From an uncultured Chthonomonadaceae bacterium (GTDB lineage Bacteria; Armatimonadota; Chthonomonadetes; Chthonomonadales; CAJBBX01): a stretch of 63,014 nt of DNA. Position numbers and translations under genes: made by a program. The notes beneath the pieces are model-generated. The model saw only the letters and a list, made by a program, of their open reading frames with translations, was not told the origin of the DNA and ran no database searches. The stretch spans positions 1-63,014 of the forward strand of contig CAYNFH010000006.1 in NCBI GenBank assembly GCA_964396385.1. The letters are read 5' to 3'. Numbering within the stretch: position 1 is the first letter of the stretch; the number at the start of each line of letters is the position of its first letter. This document shows positions 27,227-36,915 of this stretch, one piece after another.

Positions 27227-28159
27227 ATGAGTTGCGCACCGCCAGTCAATGAGGATAGGAATCAGGCGGCGGAATCACGTGCTGTCGGCTCCAGAATCAC
27301 CCCTTCACGCCGTCGGCATCCAGAACGCTGGATGGCGTTCGCGGGACTTCTGCTCATCTCCGTCGGGTTCATTCTGCCCTTCGTCTGGATGCTGTCCACC
27401 AGCCTCAAGACGCTGGACAAGACCATGGAGCTGCCGCCGCGCCTTATCCCCCACCCGGTATTGGTTCGGAACTACGCCACCGTATTGGGCCGGCGGGAGC
27501 TGGACTTTCCGCTGCTCACCCACAATACCCTGATGGTGGCGCTCCTCTCCGTCGCGGGGATCACGCTGTCCAGCGCCATCGCCGCCTATGGGTTTGCCAA
27601 GATCCGGTTCAAGGGCCGCGGAGCGCTGTTCGCCGTGATGCTGGGCACCATGATGGTCCCGTTCCCCGTGCTCATGGTCCCACTCTTCACTATCTTCCGC
27701 TGGATGGGCGACCACACGACGTTCCAGATGCTTGGTACGCTGCGCCCGCTCTGGGTTCCGGCGTGGTTCGGTTCGGCTTTCTCCATCTTCCTGCTGCGCC
27801 AGTTCTTCCTCACCATCCCGGACGAACTGAGCGAGGCCGCCCGCATCGACGGCTGCTCCGAGTGGCGCACCTTCTGGCAGGTGATCCTGCCGCTGTCCCG
27901 CCCCGCCCTGGCGGTAGTGGCCCTCTTCACCTTCATGGGCGCATGGAACGACTTCCTGGGGCCGCTGGTTTACATCCAGGACCGGCAGCAGTACACACTG
28001 GCGCTAGGACTGCAGGCGTTTCAGTCCCAGCATGGCGGCACGGAGTGGAACCTGCTCATGGCGGCCTCCGTGCTGATCATTCTGCCGGTCATCGTCCTGT
28101 TTTTCCTCGCCCAGCGCACCTTCATAGAGGGCATCGCCACCACCGGCATGAAGGGATAG
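27227..28159 (+). CDS. Carbohydrate ABC transporter permease (CUT1)
   Basis: LRQFFLTIPDELSEAARIDG, WNDFLGPL, FIEGIATTGMKG. Confidence 0.93.
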   Translation: MSCAPPVNEDRNQAAESRAVGSRITPSRRRHPERWMAFAGLLLISVGFILPFVWMLSTSLKTLDKTMELPPRLIPHPVLVRNYATVLGRRELDFPLLTHNTLMVALLSVAGITLSSAIAAYGFAKIRFKGRGALFAVMLGTMMVPFPVLMVPLFTIFRWMGDHTTFQMLGTLRPLWVPAWFGSAFSIFLLRQFFLTIPDELSEAARIDGCSEWRTFWQVILPLSRPALAVVALFTFMGAWNDFLGPLVYIQDRQQYTLALGLQAFQSQHGGTEWNLLMAASVLIILPVIVLFFLAQRTFIEGIATTGMKG

Positions 28160-28207
28160 CTCCCGCTCCCCGCCCGAGGGGCCGGTGAAGATTTTTTAAC
28201 AAACCGC

Positions 28208-28236
28208 TTGACATGGAGGGCGGCAGCCGCTATCAT
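28208..28236 (+). promoter_or_regulatory. Sigma-70 promoter of the LacI gene, possibly with an overlapping LacI-type operator
   Basis: TTGACA - 17 bp - TATCAT; imperfect CG-centred palindrome CAAACCGCTTG overlaps the -35 box. Confidence 0.65.
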
Positions 28237-28252
28237 GGCCCCATTCATATAT

Positions 28253-28315
28253 CGGTAAATGAGTGTACGCCCGCGTTCGGCAGGTACACCCATTTACCCG
28301 TTTACCCTTTTACTC
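28253..28315. repeat. 63-bp GGGTAAAN / TTTACCCN element, copy 1
   Basis: Aligns without gaps to 54614-54676. Confidence 0.75.
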
Positions 28316-28328
28316 CTCGGAGACTCTC

Positions 28329-29336
28329 GTGGCGAAGCGGAGTACGGTTACGATGCAGGACATCGCGGACCAGGTGGGCGTGAGCCGCATGGCAGTGTCT
28401 GTGGCGCTGCACGGCACCACCTCCAACGTTGGCGTGTCGGAGTCCACTCGGACCCGCATCGTGGAGGCGGCCAGGCAGCTTCAATACCGCCCGAACGCCA
28501 TCGCGCGGGCGCTGCGGCGCCGGAAGACGGACATCATCGGCGTCTACTCCGGCTACAGCCCGCTCTTTGCCCGCACGGACTTCCTCTCCCAGATCATTGC
28601 CGGCGCGGAGGAAGGGTGCGCCGCCCATGGCAAGAACTTGCTCCTCCACACCAGCTTTGGTGGCCAGTCCACGGACGAGATCTACGCGGAGCTGGTGGAC
28701 GGCCGGATCGATGGGCTGGTGGTCTTCTCCCCACCGGAAGACCCGTTGGCCGAGCAGCTTGCCAAGTCCCACCTGCCCGTGGTGGCGGTCGCCGATGCCA
28801 TTCCCGGAGTGCCATCTGTGGTCGTGGACGATGAAAAGGGGGCGCGGCTGACCTTCGACTACCTGGCGAGTCGGGGCCACCGCCGGGTGACGTACCGTAG
28901 TCTCAAAGAGCGGCTGGTCTCCGCAGAGCGCAGGCGGGTGGTGTTCCTGGAGACGGCGCGCAGGACCGGACTGGACGTGGAGGAGTGGTGCGCGCCCAAG
29001 CTCCTGCACGGGGAGGACTCATATCTCCGCAACCTGGCGCAACGGCCGAGCGCGGAGCGGCCGACCGCCATCGTCTGCTGGAACGATGAGTCTGCGTACG
29101 ACCTGCTCGCCCACTGCCGGCGGCAGGGAATCCGCGTGCCGGATCAGCTCGCCGTAGTCGGCTTTGACGGAGACCAGAACCCCATCGATTTCCACTGGCG
29201 CCTGACCACCATCCGGGCCCCCTGGATGATGGTGGCGCGGACGGCTGTAACGCTCGTTGCAAAGCAGCTTGCCGACGAGGAGGTCCCGGCCGAGTCCATC
29301 CTGCCGGTAGAGCTTGTAGTGGGCGATTCCGCGTGA
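28329..29336 (+). CDS. LacI-family transcriptional regulator
   Basis: VTMQDIADQVGVSRMAVS HTH, YRPNAIARAL, VPDQLAVVGFD, LTTI. Confidence 0.93.
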   Translation: MAKRSTVTMQDIADQVGVSRMAVSVALHGTTSNVGVSESTRTRIVEAARQLQYRPNAIARALRRRKTDIIGVYSGYSPLFARTDFLSQIIAGAEEGCAAHGKNLLLHTSFGGQSTDEIYAELVDGRIDGLVVFSPPEDPLAEQLAKSHLPVVAVADAIPGVPSVVVDDEKGARLTFDYLASRGHRRVTYRSLKERLVSAERRRVVFLETARRTGLDVEEWCAPKLLHGEDSYLRNLAQRPSAERPTAIVCWNDESAYDLLAHCRRQGIRVPDQLAVVGFDGDQNPIDFHWRLTTIRAPWMMVARTAVTLVAKQLADEEVPAESILPVELVVGDSA

Positions 29337-29356
29337 ACGTTGGAACACCTGACACT

Positions 29357-29378
29357 CCCTCCCCAGAATTGGGGAGGG
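29357..29378. repeat. CCCC-AGAATT-GGGG hairpin repeat
   Basis: CCCTCCCCA GAAT TGGGGAGGG; related inverted copy at 62986-63001. Confidence 0.5.
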
Positions 29379-29461
29379 TTCCCAGGACCGCCATCGGTTC
29401 GAGGGCCTAGGAAGGGAGCAACCGGGCAGCCGGCGCCCGGCTACACAGAAAGGAGGGAAGC

Positions 29462-29704
29462 ATGAAACAGTCGGTTAGCACGCCGGTAGCTATCGGCATT
29501 GTTGTGCTGGTTGTCTTGGTCGCAGCATTCTTCGGCTGGCGCTACATGAACGGCGCCAACCGCGACAAGAACGGTCTGGACCTGAATCAACCTTCCCATC
29601 AACCCGCAAATATGGGGCAGATCATGCAGGAGAGGATGAACTCCGCCAAACAGGGTCGCGCGGGTGGTCCTTCGGCGCCGGCTGCTCCGGGGGCGGGCAG
29701 GTAG
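29462..29704 (+). CDS. Small single-pass membrane protein preceding the prepilin-type gene
   Basis: Strong RBS AAGGAGGG, N-terminal transmembrane helix, Pro/Gly-rich tail. Confidence 0.75.
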   Translation: MKQSVSTPVAIGIVVLVVLVAAFFGWRYMNGANRDKNGLDLNQPSHQPANMGQIMQERMNSAKQGRAGGPSAPAAPGAGR

Positions 29705-29736
29705 TCATTTTCAGAAGGGAGACCGAGGAGGAACTC

Positions 29737-30576
29737 ATGCTGAACCATCTTAAGTCCGCAATGCACGTCCGGAGGAGACGCGCTGCATTCACCCTCATCG
29801 AGCTGCTCGTCGTGATAGCAATTATCGCGATCCTCGCAGCTATCCTCTTCCCCGTGTTCGCCCAGGCGCGTGAGAAGGCGCGGGCCATTTCGTGTGTCTC
29901 CAACATGAAGCAGCTCATGCTGGGCGAGCTCATGTACTCGCAGGACTACGACGAGATCTTCACCGGCACGTTCAGGCAGCTCCCGGACGGCCGGCGCGTG
30001 CATTGGGGGGAGATGCTGTACCCCTATGTGAAGAGCTACGGCGTGTACCGCTGCCCGGACCAGGCCACCGGAATGAACAACGACCAGATCGACACCCGCG
30101 ACTGGGACCTCAATCCGGATATTGTGCGCAAGAACTGTGGCTCGACCGGCCAGCAACCGTGCGGTGTGAACTACTCCATGAACTCCATCATGTCCGACGA
30201 GTACACCTGGACGGTTCACGACATCGGTGTCCCTGCGGGAGCCGAGAACACGAACGACTGGGACGGGACAGGCGCGCCGCAGGCCGCTATCACCAATCCG
30301 GCCTCGACCATCCTGTTGAGCGATGGCCGGAACCAGGACAACCTCTGGGACATGGGCTCAACGGACGTTCCGGCCGGCGTCTACTACGGCGTCCAGTGGC
30401 AGCCGGCGCCATCATCGGATGACTGGTGGCGCGGCTCGGACCCGAACCGGCATAACTTCGACCACCGGCACAGCGATGGCTGCAATGCCGGGTTCGATGA
30501 CGGTCACGTGAAGTACCTGAAGAACAGTCTGTGGAACGGCAAGACCTACTACTGGTACCTCGTGAAGCCGGAGTAG
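29737..30576 (+). CDS. Prepilin-type N-terminal cleavage/methylation + H-X9-DG (DUF1559-like) protein
   Basis: [37 protein letters not shown] and C-terminal [15 protein letters not shown]. Confidence 0.92.
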   Translation: MLNHLKSAMHVRRRRAAFTLIELLVVIAIIAILAAILFPVFAQAREKARAISCVSNMKQLMLGELMYSQDYDEIFTGTFRQLPDGRRVHWGEMLYPYVKSYGVYRCPDQATGMNNDQIDTRDWDLNPDIVRKNCGSTGQQPCGVNYSMNSIMSDEYTWTVHDIGVPAGAENTNDWDGTGAPQAAITNPASTILLSDGRNQDNLWDMGSTDVPAGVYYGVQWQPAPSSDDWWRGSDPNRHNFDHRHSDGCNAGFDDGHVKYLKNSLWNGKTYYWYLVKPE

Positions 30577-30612
30577 CCATTCTCTGCGTCGTCGCTCCGT
30601 CCGTGTAAACTA

Positions 30613-30643
30613 ATGTTGGGCGGGAGCTTCTCCCGCCCAACAT
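30613..30643. terminator. Perfect 14-bp hairpin (terminator or mRNA-stabilising element)
   Basis: ATGTTGGGCGGGAG CTT CTCCCGCCCAACAT; no immediate T tract. Confidence 0.5.
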
Positions 30644-30664
30644 AGCTACTTTCGCAACACTGCC

Positions 30665-32371
30665 ATGGCCTCCACTCTGCTGCCCAACCCAGCCGCGCCC
30701 TCCCTTGACACCACTGTGTCACAGCGGCCCACGTTCGTCCGCGCGGACCGGCACCGCAAGCTGGCCCTGCTCGCCGCACTGGCTCTGTGCATCGCGGCCT
30801 ACCTCTGGATCACGCTGAGATCCGCCTGGCGCGAAGCCGCGCTGCGCGAGGCGTACCTGCCCGAGCTCGAGGCGATGGCAAGCCGCTCCCCGGAAGACGG
30901 AAGGATTCTGGCGCTCCTGGGCATGCGCCTGATGGAGGCGCACGAGCACCCGAAGGCGGCGCCAATTCTGGAGCACGCTCTGATGGTCGGAGAGCAAAAG
31001 GAGCCGGTCTGGCTCGCCGCGGCCGGCTCCGCGGCAGCCTCCGGAGACCGCGTCCAGTGCCTCGGCCTGCTGCGCTTCGGTGTGAAGACACAGCCGGACG
31101 CGCCGCAGATCCGCGCGGCGCTGGCGAGGGTTGAGAAGCTTGGGGCCGCGCCCTCCAGCGCCGACATGGCTCAGGCGGTCTGCCCTCAGGGGCCGGAGCC
31201 TCTGGTCGCGGCGTATGCGCGGGGCAGCTTTCTCAGTGGACTCTGGGAGTGGTGGGGAGCTCACCATCCCGGCGTCAGCGGGTTCGCCACCCGCCAGCGA
31301 TACGCGATGCTGCGGCCGAACGACGGAGAGGCGCAGCGGCTGTGGGGCGAGGCGCTCATGCGGAACCGCCGCGAGGTAGAGGCGGGTCCGGTCTTGCGCC
31401 ACGCGGTGGAGCTGGTGCCGCGCTCGCCCGAAGCGCACCTCTCCCTGGCAGATTTCGAGGCTCGGGCGGGCCTGATGGCGTCGGCTGCCTTCCAGTATAT
31501 CGAGTGTCTGAAGCTGCGCAGGGATTGGCTGCCGGCCCTGATGGGCCTCTGCCGTCTCTCCATCAAGGACGACTTCCGCTACGGGACGGTTTGCTTCCGG
31601 CGCGTTACAGAGGTGGCGCCCCGTTCCGCGGACGCCTGGATTATCCGCGGCCTAGGTTACTACCAGCAGGGCGAGCACAAGAACAAGGAGGCCATTGAGG
31701 CGTTCCAGAGGGCCGCCAGCCTGGACCCCATGCGCACAGAGTACTACGCCCAGTGGGCCTACCTGCTGACCCAGGCCAGCCGATATGACGAGGCGGAAGC
31801 GCTGCTGCGCCGGAGGCTCAAGAACGCCCCGGGCGATGTAGAGGCCCACTTCCAGCTCGGCAGCGTGCTTATGGACTCCAACCCCACGCCGGAGCGGGAA
31901 GCGGAGGCGGAGAAGGAGGCGCGGGAGGGCATCCGGTTGGCACCCCGCTCCAGCGCTCCCAGGGTACTACTGGCAAAGCTGCTGCTTCGGCACGGCCAAG
32001 CCGACCAGGCGGTAGCACAGCTCAACGCGGCCCTCCAGGACAATCCCCAGGAGCTCAAGGCGCTGAACCTGCTGGCGCGCGCCTACGAGCGCGATGGGAA
32101 GGCGGCGCTTGCCCAGCAGGTGTCCCACCGGGCTACTGCCGTATTCGATGCGCAGCAGCAGATCATGGTCCTGGAGAGCCGCCGAGGCAAGGCCTACCTC
32201 GACCCGAACGTCCATGCAGCGCTGGCGGAGGCTTACGCGCGTACCGGCCAGGGGGACAAGGCCCTCACCGAGCAGCAGACCGCGAAGGCGCTGCGGGAGA
32301 ATCCAAAGCTGGTTGCCCAGAGCATGGACCGATTCAAGAGCGACCTGCAGTCGATCCACCTGGACCAGTGA
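30665..32371 (+). CDS. Membrane-anchored tetratricopeptide repeat protein
   Basis: N-terminal transmembrane helix and many TPR-like helical repeats. Confidence 0.85.
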   Translation: MASTLLPNPAAPSLDTTVSQRPTFVRADRHRKLALLAALALCIAAYLWITLRSAWREAALREAYLPELEAMASRSPEDGRILALLGMRLMEAHEHPKAAPILEHALMVGEQKEPVWLAAAGSAAASGDRVQCLGLLRFGVKTQPDAPQIRAALARVEKLGAAPSSADMAQAVCPQGPEPLVAAYARGSFLSGLWEWWGAHHPGVSGFATRQRYAMLRPNDGEAQRLWGEALMRNRREVEAGPVLRHAVELVPRSPEAHLSLADFEARAGLMASAAFQYIECLKLRRDWLPALMGLCRLSIKDDFRYGTVCFRRVTEVAPRSADAWIIRGLGYYQQGEHKNKEAIEAFQRAASLDPMRTEYYAQWAYLLTQASRYDEAEALLRRRLKNAPGDVEAHFQLGSVLMDSNPTPEREAEAEKEAREGIRLAPRSSAPRVLLAKLLLRHGQADQAVAQLNAALQDNPQELKALNLLARAYERDGKAALAQQVSHRATAVFDAQQQIMVLESRRGKAYLDPNVHAALAEAYARTGQGDKALTEQQTAKALRENPKLVAQSMDRFKSDLQSIHLDQ

Positions 32372-34188
32372 GGCCGTCGGCGCCTCCGGCAATTCTGCTA
32401 GCTGGGCTCCTCGGTCTCGTACCCACACTGCTGATCGGATGCAGGCGTGGGGCCGCACGGCCCCCTGCTCGGGCTGCCGCACCGCTTATCCGCTTCACGG
32501 ACGTCGCTCAAAGCGCCGGTCTGCGCTACCGCTGGAGCATCCCTGGGAAGCGGCCCCTTAACATCCTCCAGACCATCGGCAACGGCTGCGCTTTCCTGGA
32601 CTACGACCAGGACGGCAATCTGGACGTGCTCCTGGTAGGACCCAAGCTCGCCCTCTACAGAGGAAACGGCCAGGGCCACTTCACCAACGTGACGCACGAG
32701 ACCGGCCTGGACAGGTTCACCGGCCATTTCCTGGGCTGCGCCGTGGGAGACTACGACAACGATGGCTATCCAGACCTGTACATCTCCGGCTATCGCACAG
32801 GCCTGCTGCTGCACAACGAAGCTGCGGAGGCGTTCAGGCGTTCAGGCGTTCAGGACACGAAGAACGGCAGTCCGAAGCCCGAAGTCCGCAGTCCGAAATC
32901 CGGTCTCACGACTCACGACTCACGACTCACGACTCCAGCATCACCCCCTCACAGGTTCTTCCGGGATGTAACAAGGCAGTCCGGGCTCAGGCCGCAGCCG
33001 TGGGGGACGAGCTGCGCCTTCGCGGAATCCATACCCGGAACGGGACGGCTCGATCTGTTTGTATGCAACTACCTGAGCTTCGGCCCCAACACGCAGCCGC
33101 AGCTCTGCACCACCGCCGGCGGCATCTCCACCGCCTGCGGCCCACGCTACTACCGGCCCGTACGTGGAACCCTCTGGCGCAACCTGGGCGGCGGCCGGTT
33201 CGCGGGCGCGACCAATGCGAGCGGGGCCGTGGGCGCGGGCAAAGCCCTTGGCGCGGCCTGGGCGGACTTCGATGGCTCCGGCGCGCCCGGCCTGGCGGTT
33301 GCCAACGACGAGATGCCTGGCGACCTGTTCTGGCCGGTCCGGAGCGGCGCGGCGGTCCGCTACAGGAATATCTCCAGGGTCGCCGGCACGGCGTTCGACC
33401 GGGACGGAGCGGCTTACGGCGGTATGGGGGCAGACTGGGGAGACGTAGACAACGATGGAAGACTGGACCTGTTCGTCGCCAGTTTCCAGAATGAGCCGAA
33501 GCCCCTGTTCCACAACGACGGCAACCGGATCTTCAGCGACATCGGGCCTGGATCCGGAATCGGGGCGGCCCGCCAATACGTGGCCTTCGGATGCAAGCTG
33601 CTGGATATTGACAATGACGGGTGGCTGGACCTGGTCATCTCCAACGGCCATGTCCAGGACAACATCGCGGAGATAGACCATTCCACCACTTACCGGCAGC
33701 CGACGCTGCTCTACCACAGCCTCGGGATCGTCCGCGGAACACTGCGTTACGAGGACGTAACGGCGGTGGCCGGACCGGACCTGGCACGGCCCATTGTAGG
33801 GCGGGGACTGGTCACGGGCGACTACGACAACGACGGCCGCATGGACATCCTGGTGGTCGATTCAGAGGGCGGGCCGTTGCTCCTCCACAACGTGTGCAGC
33901 CCGACCTGGCACTGGCTCGGGGTCCGGCTCATCGGCAAGAAGAGCAACCGGGATGGCTACGGGGCGCTCCTGACGGCGAAGGCGGGCGGCCGAACACTCA
34001 CGCAGCTCTGCCACGCGGACGGCTCCTATCTCTCCTCTTCAGACTCTCGCGTCCACTTCGGCGTCGGTGCGAGCACGAAGGTAGAGGCGCTGACCGTACG
34101 GTGGCCCGGCGGCGCAACCACCACCTACCGCAACATCCCGGCCGACCGCTACATCACCCTGCGCGAAGGCGACCCGCGACCCGAGTAG
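32368..34188 (+). CDS. CRTAC1-family protein (FG-GAP/VCBS repeats + ASPIC/UnbV) with in-frame repeat insert
   Basis: Repeated DYDNDG.PDL motifs, SNRDGYGA, SYLSSSDSRVHFG, VRWPGG; lipobox-like LIGC. Confidence 0.9.
   Translation: MRPSAPPAILLAGLLGLVPTLLIGCRRGAARPPARAAAPLIRFTDVAQSAGLRYRWSIPGKRPLNILQTIGNGCAFLDYDQDGNLDVLLVGPKLALYRGNGQGHFTNVTHETGLDRFTGHFLGCAVGDYDNDGYPDLYISGYRTGLLLHNEAAEAFRRSGVQDTKNGSPKPEVRSPKSGLTTHDSRLTTPASPPHRFFRDVTRQSGLRPQPWGTSCAFAESIPGTGRLDLFVCNYLSFGPNTQPQLCTTAGGISTACGPRYYRPVRGTLWRNLGGGRFAGATNASGAVGAGKALGAAWADFDGSGAPGLAVANDEMPGDLFWPVRSGAAVRYRNISRVAGTAFDRDGAAYGGMGADWGDVDNDGRLDLFVASFQNEPKPLFHNDGNRIFSDIGPGSGIGAARQYVAFGCKLLDIDNDGWLDLVISNGHVQDNIAEIDHSTTYRQPTLLYHSLGIVRGTLRYEDVTAVAGPDLARPIVGRGLVTGDYDNDGRMDILVVDSEGGPLLLHNVCSPTWHWLGVRLIGKKSNRDGYGALLTAKAGGRTLTQLCHADGSYLSSSDSRVHFGVGASTKVEALTVRWPGGATTTYRNIPADRYITLREGDPRPE
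32828..32952 (+). repeat. Stack of four micro-array families in frame within the CRTAC1 gene
   Basis: (AGGCGTTC)x3, (AGTCCGA)x5 degenerate, (CTCACGA)x4, CATCACCCCCTCAC. Confidence 0.88.
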
Positions 34189-34256
34189 CCCCGGGGCTCC
34201 GTGCCAGGGGCCGGGCAATGACGCCCGCTGCTACTCAATAGAGGCTCCGCCGGAGA

Positions 34257-36842
34257 CTACCTCTCACGGACCTCCACGATGCCTACGTCTACGCCCTGTC
34301 CTCCGGTGGTCTGATGGCAGTGAACCGCCAGCGTCACGCGCGCGCCCGGCCTGAGTTGTGCCAGCGCGGTGGGACGCATGGCCAGCGGCTTGTATGCGGT
34401 GAGAAACCCGCTCTCCGAGCCCGCCGGCACGCCGTTCACGTACACCTCCACGTCCTCGTCGTGATAGACGAACAGCTCAAGGCTGCCGCCCTTTCTCCGT
34501 CCGTCCTCCGTCCTCCGTCCTCCGTCCGGCATCACAAACGTCCGCCGCAGCCAGATGTCGTCCGTGTTCCACACCGTGCGCGGCTCGATTCCCGGCGTGC
34601 CGGTGGTGCCAAACGGGCCCTGGCCCGTGTTCCAGCCGGAGTCGTCAAAGCCCGGCTGGGTCCAACCCTCCTGCGGCCGCGAGGTGGTGTACCTCCATGT
34701 TACGGGCGCCTGGCGGGAGCTGGGGACCACCTCCGTCACCCGCGGAGGGGGAGGAGTCTTGGGTAGCGGCGCCCAGTTCCCCACCCGGGTGTGGTCCCGG
34801 TGCGCCCACTGCATCCACGTGTCCCGGTCCGCCAGCATCTTGATAAATACCCCGCCCACCACCGGCCGGGCGTGCATTCCGCCGCTCTTGACGTTGTCCG
34901 TGATGTAGGAATCGGCCAGCGGGTCGCGTGCGGTGGTTTGGTCCAGATAATCCCAGATGGGGGAGGTGAGCGCGACGAAGTCCGCCTGCCCGTCCGCCAG
35001 AGTTGCGCTCCAGTAGGACCAGTCGGTCTTGGTGAGCCGCGTGCGGGAGTCCAGCGGCACGCCGTACGGCTGCATCACCGTCTTGTAGTAGGCGATCTCC
35101 TTCTGCGCCACAGAGGGCGGGAAGACGTGGAATCCGAGGATTCGGTCCCACACCAGGTTGTACTTCTGGCTCCAGGTGCGGGGCTTGTCGAAGGCGAGTA
35201 GGGAGTGGTCCCCTTCGTCCGCCACCTGCACCCAGTGTTGGGCGTCCCTCCGCGCCATCTCCATGTAGCGGTCCGCGGTCGCCTGGTCGCCTCGCAGCCG
35301 GCAGAGGTCTCCGTACGCGGCCAATCCCAGGATCGCCTTCACAGAGAGATTGGCGTTGTGCGCCAGGTGGCCCATGAAGTCGTCTGTGCAGAGCTGGTCC
35401 TCCGGGTCCAGCCCGTACTGCTCCAGGTACTTGGCCCACTGGGTAAGTTGTGGCCACCATGGCGATACGAAGCCAGCGTTTCCATCCTCCTGCGCGATAG
35501 CGTCGCACAGGATGAGCATGTTGCCGCTCTCCTCCACCGGCATTCCCTCGCCGCCATCGTCCCGGCCCATCACCACGGGATAGGTGCCCAGATCGTGCGG
35601 GGCGTTGGGGAACTTCCAGTGGCTGGAGGCGGCGTACTCCAGCACCGGCACGAGGGTCGCCTTGGCCAGGCTGGGGCTGAGGAAGATGAGCGCCGGGTCC
35701 ATGGGGAAGAAGACGTCCACCGTGGCGATGTCGCCGTTGCTCGTGTTCTCTTTGGTGAACATCAGCGGCTGCTTGTTCGCGTCCGCCGCGATGCCGCAGG
35801 CCGCCAGGAACTGCCGGTAGGCGAGCGCCGCCACCTGCGCGTACCGCTCTCCGCCCTGGCGTGTCAGGTCCGCCATGAGCTGCTGGTCGAACTCCGCGCA
35901 GCGGCGGACCAGCGAACGGTAGTCTCGCTCCGCCGCCTGGAGCATCGACCCGGCCGTCGCGCCATTCCGGCGCCAGTAGGGGCGCAGCCGCCTGCCGAAG
36001 TAGAGAATGGAGTAGACCTCGTCGTAGGCGACCATGACGTGGCGCGAGACCGGTGCCTTGCCCACGCGGCCCAGTGGGAGCTCCATCGCGAGGACCGGCT
36101 GGTCGTCATTTGTGGCGCGCGGCATCCGCGCATCCACCTGGTCCGGTATCTGGCCGGTGTCCGCGAATGCACGGAGCAGCGCGTCGCTGCCTCCAATGGC
36201 CGAGTTCACGTCTCCGCGCGGGGCGGCCAGGTAGGCGTAGCCCCAGTCGATGCGCGTGTCGTCGCCCATCGTCTGGAGCACCGGCTGCTCCTCCGTTCCC
36301 ACACGCAGCGCGGTGAGCGGCCCCGACTGCTCGCGCGCCCAAGCCACCTCCTGCTCCGGCCGGTTTACGGCGAGCTGGGAGCTCACGCTGTCGTACAGCG
36401 CCACGTTGTGCGGCACCCCATCCACCGACTTGACCTGCCAGGTGATGTAGCTCAGCGGGCGGGTGAGCGCCTCCAGGTCGGTCGGCAGCGCGGCGGTCAG
36501 GAAAGTAAGGGAGACGTGGACGTGCGAACCGTCGAAGTCGTAGGTGGTGCGCGTGGGCAGCACCTGGAGCCCGACCTGCGGCAGCGCCGGCACGTCTTTC
36601 GGGGTGTCGCCCATCAGCCGGTACGGCTTGCCGTCCACGCGGATCAGGCTCACCAGCGAGTGCGGCCTGCGCGTCCAGTGGCGTGTGGATGTGTCCGTCA
36701 GCCGGTCCGCCTCGCACCAGATGCTCAGGTACGGGTCGTGGGTCACCAGCGGCACGGCCGGCGGCCGAAACGCCAGATCTCCGTGGGACGTGGGAGCGCA
36801 CACCACCAGGGCAAGCAGAGTAAGCAGGCATCGTTTGAGCAA
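34257..36842 (-). CDS. GtaA/glutaminase-A-like protein (DUF4965/DUF5127/DUF1793) with C-terminal carbohydrate-binding module
   Basis: RPPAVPLVTHDPYLSIW, KENTSNG, TVDV, PHDLGTYP, MPVEESGNM, ARPVVGG; TTG start after AAGGAG; heptamer insert 34494-34527. Confidence 0.85.
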   Translation of the reverse strand: MLKRCLLTLLALVVCAPTSHGDLAFRPPAVPLVTHDPYLSIWCEADRLTDTSTRHWTRRPHSLVSLIRVDGKPYRLMGDTPKDVPALPQVGLQVLPTRTTYDFDGSHVHVSLTFLTAALPTDLEALTRPLSYITWQVKSVDGVPHNVALYDSVSSQLAVNRPEQEVAWAREQSGPLTALRVGTEEQPVLQTMGDDTRIDWGYAYLAAPRGDVNSAIGGSDALLRAFADTGQIPDQVDARMPRATNDDQPVLAMELPLGRVGKAPVSRHVMVAYDEVYSILYFGRRLRPYWRRNGATAGSMLQAAERDYRSLVRRCAEFDQQLMADLTRQGGERYAQVAALAYRQFLAACGIAADANKQPLMFTKENTSNGDIATVDVFFPMDPALIFLSPSLAKATLVPVLEYAASSHWKFPNAPHDLGTYPVVMGRDDGGEGMPVEESGNMLILCDAIAQEDGNAGFVSPWWPQLTQWAKYLEQYGLDPEDQLCTDDFMGHLAHNANLSVKAILGLAAYGDLCRLRGDQATADRYMEMARRDAQHWVQVADEGDHSLLAFDKPRTWSQKYNLVWDRILGFHVFPPSVAQKEIAYYKTVMQPYGVPLDSRTRLTKTDWSYWSATLADGQADFVALTSPIWDYLDQTTARDPLADSYITDNVKSGGMHARPVVGGVFIKMLADRDTWMQWAHRDHTRVGNWAPLPKTPPPPRVTEVVPSSRQAPVTWRYTTSRPQEGWTQPGFDDSGWNTGQGPFGTTGTPGIEPRTVWNTDDIWLRRTFVMPDGGRRTEDGRRKGGSLELFVYHDEDVEVYVNGVPAGSESGFLTAYKPLAMRPTALAQLRPGARVTLAVHCHQTTGGQGVDVGIVEVRER

Positions 36843-36915
36843 TCGTAGCTCCTTAACTTGGGGAAAGTTCCGTGTAGGTACAAGCCGACACTCGGCGGTC
36901 ACATCCATTGTAGCC

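Noticed and set aside
29737-34188. Diversity-generating retroelement or retron
   Set aside because: No reverse transcriptase motif and no template/variable repeat pair seen in the window
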